Shown here piece by piece: positions 30,906 through 41,491 of a stretch of 64,000 nucleotides of DNA (its first letter is position 1; each line of letters begins with the position of its first letter). The position numbers and the translations under genes are program-made. Below the pieces are notes generated by a model. That model was given only the letters and a program-made list of their open reading frames with translations. It made no database searches and was not told where the DNA came from. The stretch covers positions 10,793 through 74,792 of the forward strand of contig DATJXW010000083.1 of the NCBI GenBank assembly GCA_035499895.1, given 5' to 3'. This DNA is from Polyangiaceae bacterium. Its GTDB lineage: Bacteria; Myxococcota_A; Polyangia; Polyangiales; Polyangiaceae.

Positions 30906-33398
30906 TCACAACCCCAAGACGGTCACCGGAGCCGTCGCACCGTTGGCGACTGCAGGATTAGGGGTCGCGTTGTCGGGGATCGTGCCGCCCCAACACTCGA
31001 CGGCACCAGTGGAACGAAGGGCGCACATGTAGTCAGCGCCAGCCGCGATCGCCACTGCATCTGTCAAACCGGGTGCCACAACCGGCGTTGTCGACGGCGT
31101 CACGGTTCCGTCCCCGATCTCACCTGCCACGTTGCGCCCCCAACACTCAACAGTACCGCCGGCACGAAGAGCGCAGGTGTCGGAGTCTGCGCCAACTGCG
31201 ACCGCAATTGCGTCGGTCAGTTTGGATACCGTCACGGGAATCGTCGACATCTTAGTATTGCCGTTGCCGAGATCCCCGTTGCCGTTGTCTCCCCAGCACT
31301 CGACCGTGCGATCCGACATCAACGCGCAGCTGTGGTTCCCCCCAGCGGCAATGGCCGTGGCCCCAGTCAGGCCAATCACCGAAACGGGCGTCGAGGACGC
31401 GGTCGTGGTCCCGTTCCCGAGCTGGCCGAAAGAGTTGCTGCCCCAACACTCGACCGCCCCGTCCGAGACAATGGCACAGGCGTGGCCATCTCCGACGTCG
31501 ATCGCAACAACGCCGGTCAGGCCATCTACAACGGTCGGAGTCTGCGTCGTATACTGCGTGAAGCCGGGAACGCTCTCCCCCCAACACTCAACCGTGCCGC
31601 CAGAGAGCACCGCACAGGTCGCCCAGTCCCTGGAGGCGATTGCGGTTGCGCCCGTCAAGCCCGTAACCGATGTCAGGCCCGTAGTACTGTCGCTGCTGCC
31701 ATTGTCACCGGACAACCCCCAGCATTCGACGCTACCACCAGAGAGCAGCGCGCAGGTGTGATGTGCCCCCGCGGCGAGGGCCACCACGCCGTTCAGACCC
31801 GTCACTGGCACCGGACTAAAGGAAGGGGTCACCGTTCCGTCGCCGAGCTGGCCGGAGTCATTATCCCCCCAACACTCGACTGTACCTCCCGAAAGCACAG
31901 AGCAAGCGTGGGCACCTCCCGCGGCAATACCATTTGCCTTAGTCGTCAGACCCATCACCGGCACAGGCGTCATCGCTCCATTAGCGATCTGTCCAGACGT
32001 GTTGTTCCCCCAACATTCTATCGTGCCGCCCGACAAGAGCGCGCACGTGTATTCCAAGCCTGCGGCGATCGTCGTCGCGCCCATCAGGCCAGCCGCCGCG
32101 ACCGGCGTCGTGGATGACGTGGTTCCAATATCGCCAAGCTCACCGTATTCGTTGTCTCCCCAGCACTCGACGGCACCGCCCGCCACGACTGCACAGGTGT
32201 GATCCGAACCGGCCGCGATCGCCGTCGCACCGGTCAGCCCTGTCACCGCGACAGGCACGTCGACCGCCGTCATGGCACCGTTGCCCAGTTCGCCGACCGC
32301 GTTGTCTCCCCAACATTTGACAGCCCCGCCCGAGACGATCGCGCAGGTGTGGCCGCCATTCGGTTCGTTAGGAGACGCGGCAATAGCCGTCGCGCCCGTC
32401 AAGCCTGCCACCGGGACCGGCGTCGCGGACGACGTCGTGGTCCCATCGCCGAGCTGGCCGGTCTCATTGTCCCCCCAACACTCCACGGTGCCATCGGAAA
32501 GCAGCGCGCACGTGTAATCCCCACCCGCCGTGACAGCCACTGCACCAGTGAGTACCGTCATTGGACCAGAGCTCCCTAAGCACTCGACCGCACCGCTTGA
32601 GAGCAGCGCACAGGTTTGCTTCCCTACGGCGATAGCCGTGACCCCGGTCAGCCCCGTCACCGCCACGGGCGTCGCGGATAATGTCGTCGTCACGGATGAG
32701 TTGCCGAGCAAGCCTCCCGCATTGTCCCCCCAACACTCCAGGGTGCCACCGGAAAGCAGCGCGCATGCATGGAGATTACCTGTCCCGATCGCGATAGCGT
32801 CAGTCACGCCGAGCACGGGCGCTGGAATGAAGTTCTGGGTCTGGTTCGTGGTGCCATTGCCCAGTTGACCGTAGTTATTGAGTCCCCAGCACGCGACCGT
32901 GCCACTCGATAGCAGAGCGCACGCGTATTGTGGGCCGGCAGAGATCGCTATGGGCGTGCCGCTCAGCGTGGCGCCGCCCGCACCGCCATTCTCTTCGCCG
33001 GCCGCGCCAGCCTCTTGCGTGTTCCCGGTGCCACCCTTATTGCCGCCACCCCCCTTCGCGCCCGAGCCGGCGGTGCCTCCGCTACCGGTCTTCGCGCCCG
33101 CAGCGCCCGTGCCGCCTGATTCGCTCTCGCCGCTCGCTCCCCCTGATGCTTCACCTGCCGCGCTCTGGTCTCCGCCCTTGTTGCCATCCGTGGCGCCACT
33201 CCCAGTCTTGCCGGCTCCGGCGTTCCCGGACTTACCTCCCGAACTCACTCCTGCGTGGCCTCCGGTGCCTCCTCCGGCTTTGCCAGCTGCGGCGTTCGCA
33301 CCTCTAGGCTTTGAGGTGCCGCAGCCGGTATAGAACGCGGAAGACAGAGCGACAGCGATGATGCATCGAAAACCAAGCTGAGTGACGCGAACCGACAT
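30906..33398 (-). CDS. RCC1-repeat (double seven-bladed propeller) lipoprotein
   Basis: Lipobox FYTGC, a Gly-rich linker and 14 repeats of the type HxCALLSxGxVECWGxNxxGQLGxGT. Confidence 0.85.
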   Translation of the reverse strand: MSVRVTQLGFRCIIAVALSSAFYTGCGTSKPRGANAAAGKAGGGTGGHAGVSSGGKSGNAGAGKTGSGATDGNKGGDQSAAGEASGGASGESESGGTGAAGAKTGSGGTAGSGAKGGGGNKGGTGNTQEAGAAGEENGGAGGATLSGTPIAISAGPQYACALLSSGTVACWGLNNYGQLGNGTTNQTQNFIPAPVLGVTDAIAIGTGNLHACALLSGGTLECWGDNAGGLLGNSSVTTTLSATPVAVTGLTGVTAIAVGKQTCALLSSGAVECLGSSGPMTVLTGAVAVTAGGDYTCALLSDGTVECWGDNETGQLGDGTTTSSATPVPVAGLTGATAIAASPNEPNGGHTCAIVSGGAVKCWGDNAVGELGNGAMTAVDVPVAVTGLTGATAIAAGSDHTCAVVAGGAVECWGDNEYGELGDIGTTSSTTPVAAAGLMGATTIAAGLEYTCALLSGGTIECWGNNTSGQIANGAMTPVPVMGLTTKANGIAAGGAHACSVLSGGTVECWGDNDSGQLGDGTVTPSFSPVPVTGLNGVVALAAGAHHTCALLSGGSVECWGLSGDNGSSDSTTGLTSVTGLTGATAIASRDWATCAVLSGGTVECWGESVPGFTQYTTQTPTVVDGLTGVVAIDVGDGHACAIVSDGAVECWGSNSFGQLGNGTTTASSTPVSVIGLTGATAIAAGGNHSCALMSDRTVECWGDNGNGDLGNGNTKMSTIPVTVSKLTDAIAVAVGADSDTCALRAGGTVECWGRNVAGEIGDGTVTPSTTPVVAPGLTDAVAIAAGADYMCALRSTGAVECWGGTIPDNATPNPAVANGATAPVTVLGL
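30950..32900. repeat. About 150-bp periodic intragenic repeats (RCC1 blades)
   Basis: On the + strand, CCCCAACACTCGAC-like strings (antisense of ECWG) recur about every 150 nt. Confidence 0.8.
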
Positions 33399-33559
33399 GC
33401 TGTTGTTCTTTCAAGCGGAATCGTCGCCGCGATTGAAGTGAGCTTCTCTGTTACTCCGGTAGTACGACGAGAACGTGGCGTTCATATTCACCTCGCGCCG
33501 CACGAGGATCAATATGTTGTTCAGGTCTGAAGAACGTACAAGAATCTTGTGTGGCGCCG

Positions 33560-34130
33560 GACGGCGGGACCGGCGAGAAAAAACGCGGCGAAGCGAAGAA
33601 GTGGCAAGTGTGGACGGCGGCGGCGTCGGACGCGGTTGCTGCCAAATCCAAGACAGCCGCTCGACAGAGGCCGCGCGCAACCTGCTCGGTGACCACGCAG
33701 GCGCCGTCGTGTGCGACGACTACAGCGCGTACAAGTCGCTCCCCAGACGCGGCGGACGCTTTCAGCTCGTGCATCGCTGGGCGCACGAGCGGAGAAGTTC
33801 ATCGAAGTGGAGGGTGAAGCCCCGAACGAACGTGCTGAGGCGATTGCGCTGATCGGCGCGCTCAACGCTCTCGAAAGGTGTGCAAACACGGGGTGCTTGA
33901 GGAGCGAGCACGCCTACACCGTGAAGATCGCGAGCAATCGTGTGGGCGCTTGGCGTGCGCGCCGCTTCCGGGCAGCGCACTACGGGGCGCGATCGAGTAC
34001 TACGTGCGCGCGACGCGCATGGCCGCACTGCCGACGGCCGCGAACACCAGCTTCTCCGACGTCTTTAGGGCAGTGGGGCTCGCTTCAAAGAGTCTGCTTC
34101 GTGCCATGCATCGATAGACGAAGCAACGCC
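33560..34130 (+). pseudogene. IS66-family transposase remnant (truncated, frameshifted)
   Basis: LLGDHAGAVVCDDYSAYKSL....VH(R)WAHERR continues in another frame as KFIEVEGEAPNERAEAIALIGAL, which matches the IS66 G-x-LQ-x-DGY-x-GY...CWAHxRRKF region. The N-terminal catalytic part is absent, and no intact ORF or IRs were seen. Confidence 0.55.
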
Positions 34131-34163
34131 TCCCAAAATTGACCTCAGATCACCACCGGTGCA

Positions 34164-35186
34164 CTAGCTCGCGTGCGCGCCGGGCTTCTTCTCGCTGTCG
34201 AGATGGCGCATCTGTTCGTCGCCGTAGCGTTCGCCCGCGAACGCGCCGGCCGGCAGGAGCGCGTCGAGCGCGCTCACGTGCGCCGCCGACAGGGGTCGCT
34301 CGAGGGCCGCGAACGCCTCGTCGAGTTGCTGCATCGTCTTCAACCCGACCACCGGATGAAAGTCCGGCACGCGCGCGAGCACCCAGCCGAGCGCCATCTC
34401 GGCGACGCTCCGCTGCCGCTCCGCCGCGAAGGCCCGGAGCTTCTCCACCACGTCGTCGTTCTTCTCGCGGTTCTGCCCGCTGAAGCGCGGCAGATACGCG
34501 CGCAGATCGCCCTTGCCTTGCGGCTTTCGCCCCGTCAAAAGCCCGCGCGAGTAGACGCCGTAGAGCGTCGCGCCGATGCCGAGCTCGCGGAGGACGGGGA
34601 AAATGTGGGCCTCCGCGTTGCGGCTCGCGAGCGAGTACTCGATTTGCAGATCGGCGACCGGGTGCACGGCGTTCGCGCGCCGAATCGTGTCCACGCCGAC
34701 CTCCGAAAGGCCGACGTGGCGCACGTACCCGCTCTTGATCAAATCCGCGATCGCGCCGACGGTGTCTTCGATCGGAACCGCAGGGTCGAGGCGTGACGGG
34801 CGATAGATGTCGATGGCCTCGACGCCGAGCCGCTTCAAGCTGTACGCCGCGAACGTCTTCACCGCTTGCGGCCGCGTGTCCATGCCGAGCCACGCGTTGT
34901 CGGGCGCGCGCAGCGCTCCGAACTTGACCGAGAGCACCACCTTGTCGCGCCGATCGGCGATGGCCTTGCCGACGACGAGCTCGCTCGCGCCCATGCCGTA
35001 GAAGTCGCCGGTGTCGAGCAGCGTCGCGCCGCGCTCGATCGCGGCGTGCAGCATGCGGATGCTCTCGCGCTCGTCCGTCTGCCCGTACCAGCCGCCGAAG
35101 CCCATGCACCCGACTCCCAGCCTGAGCACTTCCGGACCGGTCTTGCCGAGACGACGAACTTCCTGATTCTTGGCTTTCGTTTCCAT
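34164..35186 (-). CDS. Aldo/keto reductase
   Basis: LGKTGPEVLRLGVGCMGFGG..., LLDTGDFYG and the colinear AKR fold. ATG at 35186. Confidence 0.85.
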   Translation of the reverse strand: METKAKNQEVRRLGKTGPEVLRLGVGCMGFGGWYGQTDERESIRMLHAAIERGATLLDTGDFYGMGASELVVGKAIADRRDKVVLSVKFGALRAPDNAWLGMDTRPQAVKTFAAYSLKRLGVEAIDIYRPSRLDPAVPIEDTVGAIADLIKSGYVRHVGLSEVGVDTIRRANAVHPVADLQIEYSLASRNAEAHIFPVLRELGIGATLYGVYSRGLLTGRKPQGKGDLRAYLPRFSGQNREKNDDVVEKLRAFAAERQRSVAEMALGWVLARVPDFHPVVGLKTMQQLDEAFAALERPLSAAHVSALDALLPAGAFAGERYGDEQMRHLDSEKKPGAHAS

Positions 35187-35255
35187 GGGGAGCACCTCGC
35201 GCCGCTGAATCTGACCCCGGCCGACTACTAACACCAGTGAATAATGTTCCTATCA

Positions 35256-35276
35256 AACATAAAGATGGTTTATGTT
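35256..35276. promoter_or_regulatory. Perfect 8-bp inverted repeat containing a T-N11-A LysR-type box
   Basis: AACATAAA-GATGG-TTTATGTT lies in the AT-rich divergent AKR/LysR intergenic region. Confidence 0.45.
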
Positions 35277-35289
35277 TTGAGCGCGTCGC

Positions 35290-36213
35290 ATGGAACCCGC
35301 GGGAAAGCGCCGTGACCTCGCGTTCGATCTGAACCTCTTGCGCGTCTTCCTGCTCGTCGCCGAGACGGGCAGCGTCACGCTCGCCGCGTCGCGCCTCTAC
35401 CTCACGCAACCCGCCGTGAGCGCCGCGCTCCGCCGGCTCACGCGCGCGCTCGGCGCGCCGCTCTTCACGCGCGCCGGCCGCGGCTTGGCGCTCACGGCGC
35501 GCGGTCGCAAGCTGTTCGGCGAGGTGCGGCCGCACCTGCACGCGCTGCTCGACGCCGCCCACTCGTCCGGCGACTTCGAGCCGAACACCTCGACGCGCAA
35601 CGTGCGGCTCGGACTCTCGGATCAGACCGAGGCGTGGTTGCTCGGCCCGCTGCTGCGCGCGTTCATGCGCGACGCGCCGAGCATGACGCTCGTCGTGCTG
35701 CCTGTTCAGTTCCGCAACGTGGCCGAGGCGCTCGCGAGCTCGCGCGTGGATCTCGCCGTGACGGTGGCGGACGAGCTGCCGGCGGACGTGCGGCGCAAGC
35801 GCTTGTTCATGGGCACGTTCGTCTGCCTCTTCGACCCGCGGCACGCGCGGCTCGGTCCGCGGCCGACGCGCGAGGCGTATCTCGCGGCGGACCACGTCGT
35901 GGTCTCGTACAACGCGGACACGCGCGGCATCGTGGAAGACGCGCTCGGCGTGCGCCGCCGCGTGCGGCTTTCGCTGCCGTCGTTCGAGGGCATCGGCGGC
36001 GTCGTCGCGGGGAGCGCGCTCGTCGCGACCGTCCCGCTCATGACCGCGCGCGCGGTCGTCGCGCTCCGTCCCGAGCTCCGGACCGCGCCGGTCCCGCTGC
36101 CGCTCGGTTCCGCGCCGACCGAGCTGCTCTGGCGCGACGCGACCCACGACGACCCGGCGCTCGCGTTCGTTCGCGAAGCCGTCACCCAGGCGGCCAAGGC
36201 GGCCACGGCGTGA
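35290..36213 (+). CDS. LysR-family transcriptional regulator
   Basis: HTH LNLLRVFLLVAETGSVTLAASRLYLTQPAVSAALRRL. It is divergent from the AKR gene. Confidence 0.85.
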   Translation: MEPAGKRRDLAFDLNLLRVFLLVAETGSVTLAASRLYLTQPAVSAALRRLTRALGAPLFTRAGRGLALTARGRKLFGEVRPHLHALLDAAHSSGDFEPNTSTRNVRLGLSDQTEAWLLGPLLRAFMRDAPSMTLVVLPVQFRNVAEALASSRVDLAVTVADELPADVRRKRLFMGTFVCLFDPRHARLGPRPTREAYLAADHVVVSYNADTRGIVEDALGVRRRVRLSLPSFEGIGGVVAGSALVATVPLMTARAVVALRPELRTAPVPLPLGSAPTELLWRDATHDDPALAFVREAVTQAAKAATA

Positions 36214-36288
36214 AGCGTCGTCTTCTGCCTCGCGCCCGCGCGCGCGTCCGCTTGACGGCTTTCGCCCGAAGCCCAACATAGTGGCGCC

Positions 36289-36486
36289 ATGACGACCAAG
36301 CTCCGTTCACTGCGTTTCGCCCTCGTCGCCGCCGGCCTCGGCGTCGCGGCGCCCACGTTCGCGTCCACGCTCACGCCCCTCTGCGGCGGTGAAAAGGGCG
36401 CTCAGGACGAGAAACACGACGACAAGCCGAAGGCCGACAACAACAAGAAGGAAAACCAGCCGAAGAAGCCGACGAACCCCGCTTGA
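36289..36486 (+). CDS. Small secreted Lys/Asp-rich peptide (hypothetical)
   Basis: Signal peptide (ALVAAGLGVAAPTFAS) followed by a low-complexity KDEKHDDKPKADNNKKENQPKKP tail. Confidence 0.35.
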   Translation: MTTKLRSLRFALVAAGLGVAAPTFASTLTPLCGGEKGAQDEKHDDKPKADNNKKENQPKKPTNPA

Positions 36487-36570
36487 GCAGCGCGGTTCCG
36501 GGCGGTTTCGCGCCGTTCCTGCGGGCGCCTGCCCGGCGTGATTTCTGCGCTAAGCTCGGCGCGAATTTCG

Positions 36571-36840
36571 ATGGCGTACATGGTCGATTGCATCAAGCTC
36601 GGACATCAGGCGGAAGGGCTGCCGAAGCCCCCGTTCAAAGGCGATCTCGGACAACGCGTTTACGAGCGCGTGTCCGCGGAAGCGTGGCGACAGTGGCTCG
36701 AGCATTCGAAGATGCTCATCAACGAGTACCGCCTCGACCTCACGAGTGAGAGCGGCCAGCGCCTGTGGATGACCGAGTGCGAGAAGTTCTTCTTCGGTGA
36801 CGGGTCCTCGGCGCCGGCCGAGTACCGTCCGCAGGGGTAA
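36571..36840 (+). CDS. yggX: Fe(2+)-trafficking protein YggX
   Basis: MAYMVDCIKLGHQAEGLPKPPFKGDLGQRVYERVSAEAWRQWLEHSKMLINEYRL is full-length colinear with YggX (89 aa). Confidence 0.8.
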   Translation: MAYMVDCIKLGHQAEGLPKPPFKGDLGQRVYERVSAEAWRQWLEHSKMLINEYRLDLTSESGQRLWMTECEKFFFGDGSSAPAEYRPQG

Positions 36841-36843
36841 CGC

Positions 36844-37500
36844 GTGTCGGCGCGCAGCATCGGGCTCACGGACGACGTCTGGCGTTACCTGCTCGACGTG
36901 ACGGTGCACGAGCCGCCGCTCCTCGGGCGCTTGCGCGCGGAGACGGCGAAGCTCTCCGAAGCCGGGATGCAGATTTCGCCCGAGCAAGGACGCTTTCTCG
37001 CGTTCCTCGTCGAGGTGCTCGGCGTGAAGCGTTACCTCGAGGTCGGCGTGTTCACGGGTTATAGCTCGCTGTCCGTCGCGCTCGCGCTGCCGGCCGACGG
37101 CCGCATCGTCGCTTGCGACGTGAGCGATGAATGGACGCGCGTCGCGCGCCGCTACTGGCAAGAAGCGGGCGTCGCCGACAAGGTCGAGCTCAAGCTCGGC
37201 CCGGGCGTCGAGACGCTCGCGTCGCTCGTCGCCGCGGGCGAGCGCTTCGATTTCGCCTTTTTCGACGCCGACAAGGAGTCGAGCCTCGCGTATTACGAGC
37301 GCGGTCTCGAGCTCGTGCGGCAGGGCGGCGTGCTCGCGTTCGACAACGCACTCTGGAACGGCAGCGTCGCCGATCCGAAGAACGAGAAGCCCTCCACCGC
37401 GGCCATTCGCGCGGTGAACGCGCGCGTGTGCAGCGATCCGCGCGTGAGCGCGACGCTCGTGCCCATCGGGGATGGCGTGCTCCTCGCGCGCAAACGCTGA
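36844..37500 (+). CDS. Class I SAM-dependent O-methyltransferase (caffeoyl-CoA OMT-like)
   Basis: QISPEQGRFLAFLVEVLGVKRYLEVGVFTGYSSL, FDFAFFDADK. GTG start. Confidence 0.8.
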   Translation: MSARSIGLTDDVWRYLLDVTVHEPPLLGRLRAETAKLSEAGMQISPEQGRFLAFLVEVLGVKRYLEVGVFTGYSSLSVALALPADGRIVACDVSDEWTRVARRYWQEAGVADKVELKLGPGVETLASLVAAGERFDFAFFDADKESSLAYYERGLELVRQGGVLAFDNALWNGSVADPKNEKPSTAAIRAVNARVCSDPRVSATLVPIGDGVLLARKR

Positions 37501-37619
37501 GCCGCGCGCATCGCCGACGCCGGCCGCGCCCGGCCGGAGGGCGCGTGTTTTCGGCTGCGGGGTTTGCCACGAGCGGACGCAATTCCGCGTGGCCCGGCGA
37601 GGGCTCGGCGCTCGGCGGC

Positions 37620-38420
37620 TCAGTGCGCTTCGCCTTCGGGGGCGACCTTTGCGTCGGATTCGCCTTCGATGGGCTTGCCGGCGATGAGCGCGGAGAGGAC
37701 GGGCATGAGCTCTTCTTCGAACGCTTCGCCGCCCCAGAAGTAACGGAGCCGGCCCGTCGCGTCGAAGAGAAAGCTCGCGGGCAGCATGCCGGGCCAGCGC
37801 GGATTCATGCCCTGCTTGAACGAGCCGAGCGGGCGCTCCGCGAAGAACGTCGGCAGCGTGATGCCGCGCTCGCGCAAGAAGTCCGCGGCTTTTTGGTGGT
37901 CGCCCGCTTCGTCGAGCGAGACGAGCAGGATGTGCACGCCGCGCGGCTCGAGATCGCCGGAGAGGCGCGCGAGCATCGGGATTTCGTGTTTGCAGGGGCC
38001 GCACCAGCTTGCCCATGCGTTGACGAGCGTGCCCTTGCCGCCGAGCCGCCGTACTTCCGCGAGCACGCGCTCGGCGCTCGCCGTGCGGGTGGCGTCGTCG
38101 GCCGTGTCCGGCGCGGGGTTCGGGCCGATGGCGGCGCCGGCCGTCGCGTCGCTCGCGGGGTTCGGCCCGATCGCGGAGCCGTTCGCCGCGTTGCTCGCGC
38201 CGTTGCCGGAGTCGCTCGGCGCGTTCGTCGCGGTCGAGACGCTCGGCGCGTCGGCGGGCAACGCCGTGCTCTCGCTCGTGGCCGTGGTCGTCGGTTCCGC
38301 GCTCCCGCCGCGCGGCTTGTCGAGCGAGCGCGAGCAGGCGCTGAGCGCGACCGCGAGCGCCGCGCAGGTGCCGCAAAGCTCAGCGAAAAATCGTCTTTTT
38401 GTAGTGAACGAGCTCCGCAA
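37620..38420 (-). CDS. TlpA-like thioredoxin lipoprotein
   Basis: Lipobox LSAC, a low-complexity linker and WASWCGPCKHE. It overlaps the orn 3' end by 41 nt. Confidence 0.75.
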   Translation of the reverse strand: MRSSFTTKRRFFAELCGTCAALAVALSACSRSLDKPRGGSAEPTTTATSESTALPADAPSVSTATNAPSDSGNGASNAANGSAIGPNPASDATAGAAIGPNPAPDTADDATRTASAERVLAEVRRLGGKGTLVNAWASWCGPCKHEIPMLARLSGDLEPRGVHILLVSLDEAGDHQKAADFLRERGITLPTFFAERPLGSFKQGMNPRWPGMLPASFLFDATGRLRYFWGGEAFEEELMPVLSALIAGKPIEGESDAKVAPEGEAH

Positions 38421-38943
38421 TCGAGTTCCTCACGTCGAAGAGCGCATCGTGCTCGCGATCCTTCGGCTTGTCGAACACGGCGCCGGAGCCGTACCACGCC
38501 TTCGCGAGGAGCTTCACGCTGCTCACGTCGATGGTGCGATAGGAGAGGTAGCCGGCGAGACCCGGCATGCGGCTCTCCACGAAGCGCTTGTCCTGCCCGA
38601 TCGTGTTGCCGCAGAGGACGGCGGGGTACGGACAGTGCCCCGTGATGCGCTCGAGCAAGCGCTGCTCGGCGCCGTACGTGTCGATTTTCGAGTTGCGGAG
38701 GCGAGCGAGCAACCCCGAACGCTCGTGCATCTCGCGCACGAACGGCGTCATCTTCGCGAGCTCGTGCTCGGGCTGCCAGATGTCGACGACGAACTCTTCG
38801 AGGATCTGGAGCTCGGCGTTCGTGACGACGAGCGCGGCTTGCAGGATCACGTCGCGCTGGGCGTCGAGCCCCGTCATTTCGAGATCGAGCCACGCGAGGT
38901 TGCCCTCGGCCTGAACGCGCTTGATGGCTGGGGCGTGGGTCAC
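38380..38943 (-). CDS. orn: Oligoribonuclease
   Basis: NLAWLDLEMTGLD..., DEDDh exonuclease motifs (HDALFDVRNSIAEL). Confidence 0.9.
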   Translation of the reverse strand: MTHAPAIKRVQAEGNLAWLDLEMTGLDAQRDVILQAALVVTNAELQILEEFVVDIWQPEHELAKMTPFVREMHERSGLLARLRNSKIDTYGAEQRLLERITGHCPYPAVLCGNTIGQDKRFVESRMPGLAGYLSYRTIDVSSVKLLAKAWYGSGAVFDKPKDREHDALFDVRNSIAELVHYKKTIFR

Positions 38944-39320
38944 TCTCGTTCCTCCTCGTCCGCTTCGGGCTCGTCGTCGTGCCCACCACCCACGAAAACA
39001 CCCGCTCGCGGCAGCACGATGCGCGGCTTTTCCGGGTGCGGCCGGTAGAAGAGCAGCGTGCGACCCATGATCTGCGCGAGCGCCGAGCCCGTTTCGCGCG
39101 CGAGCTCCGCGCCGAGCTCGGGGAGCGGCGCGGGCGCGTCCCCGCCGGCCCGCACCTTCACGAGCTCGTGCTGCGTGAGCGCGCGGTCGAGCGCCTGGAC
39201 GACCCCCGCCGAAACACCCTGATCACCGACCTGGACGATGGCTTTTCGGTGATGGCCCAAGGCACGCAGGTGACGGCGCTGGCGGCCGTCGAGCTCGGGC
39301 GCCGAGACGGCCGATGACAT
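38940..39320 (-). CDS. yhbY: YhbY/CRM-domain RNA-binding protein
   Basis: LDGRQRRHLRALGHHRKAIVQVGDQGVSAGVVQALDRALTQHELVKV. The stop overlaps the orn start. Confidence 0.8.
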   Translation of the reverse strand: MSSAVSAPELDGRQRRHLRALGHHRKAIVQVGDQGVSAGVVQALDRALTQHELVKVRAGGDAPAPLPELGAELARETGSALAQIMGRTLLFYRPHPEKPRIVLPRAGVFVGGGHDDEPEADEEERE

Positions 39321-39409
39321 GGCCGGCGAGCGTAGCAGCTCGGCCGGGCGCGGTCACCCTTCCAGAGCCGCGCGTTCGATGCGAAGGTGCCCTCGAAAAG
39401 GGCGTCACT

Positions 39410-40543
<1,134 letters not shown>

Positions 40544-40548
40544 ACGAG

Positions 40549-41271
40549 ATGACCGACCCCGCACCCGTGGCGATTCACCGCCAGTATCGTTACTACGACC
40601 TCGTGATGGCGGCGTTCGTCTGCTCGCTCCTCTGCAGCGACATCATCGGCGTGCGGAAGGTCACGCACGTCGGCTGGAACGGCAAGGAGCTCTTCGCGTT
40701 CGGCGCGGGCAACCTCTTCTTCCCCATCGCGTACCTCTTCGGCGACATCCTCACCGAGGTGTACGGCTACGCGCGCTCGCGGCGCGTCGTGTGGGCGGGC
40801 TTCGCGGCGCTCGCGTTCGCGTCGCTCCAGAGTTTCGTCATCGTGCAGCTGCCGCCGGCGAACGAGTTTCACGATCAGGTGCAGCTCGAGTGGGCGTTCG
40901 GCTCGACGTGGCGCATCGCGCTCGGCTCGCTCATCGCTTATTTTTGCGGCGAGTTCGTGAACTCGTTCACGCTCGCGAAGCTCAAGATCCTGACCGAGGG
41001 TCGCATGCTTTGGACGCGCACCATCGGCTCGACGATCGCGGGCGAAGCGGTCGATTCGGTCATCTTCTACCCGCTCGCCTTTTACGGGGAGAGCTGGATG
41101 CCCGACGCGCTCCTCGTCAAAATCATGATCGCGAACTACTGCATCAAGGTCGGGTGGGAAGTCGTGGCGACGCCCCTCACGTACCGCGTGGTCGCCTTCT
41201 TCAAGCGCGCCGAGCACGAGGACTACTACGACCGCGGGACGAATTTCACGCCGTTCAGCCTGAAGGTTTAG
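40549..41271 (+). CDS. yhhQ: Queuosine-precursor transporter (YhhQ/VUT family)
   Basis: It is a multi-TM protein with the signatures FPIAYLFGDILTEVYGY and IAGEAVDSVIFYPLAF. Confidence 0.8.
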   Translation: MTDPAPVAIHRQYRYYDLVMAAFVCSLLCSDIIGVRKVTHVGWNGKELFAFGAGNLFFPIAYLFGDILTEVYGYARSRRVVWAGFAALAFASLQSFVIVQLPPANEFHDQVQLEWAFGSTWRIALGSLIAYFCGEFVNSFTLAKLKILTEGRMLWTRTIGSTIAGEAVDSVIFYPLAFYGESWMPDALLVKIMIANYCIKVGWEVVATPLTYRVVAFFKRAEHEDYYDRGTNFTPFSLKV

Positions 41272-41491
41272 GGGCGCGCGCTCGGGGCAAGGAGCGGGGG
41301 GGTGCGTGTTTGCAGCGCCGACGTTTGTCTATACAAATCGCGCCGTGCTCGGGGCGCCACCCTGACGAAGCCGCCATGCCGCTGAGCCGTCGTCACGCAC
41401 GGCGGCTGCGCGGTGTCGCCGGTCGGGGAGCGCTCACCGCTCGGCGGCGTCGCGCTCGTCGGGCTCGCGCTCGCGTGGGCGCGCCGTCATC

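Noticed and set aside
39314-39409. The ATG at 39314 as the start of the glycosyltransferase
   Set aside because: It would overlap the divergent yhbY start and add a non-conserved Arg/Pro-rich leader. The family normally begins right at the (M)xxLYxxxGxGxGH motif, so the TTG at 39410 is preferred.
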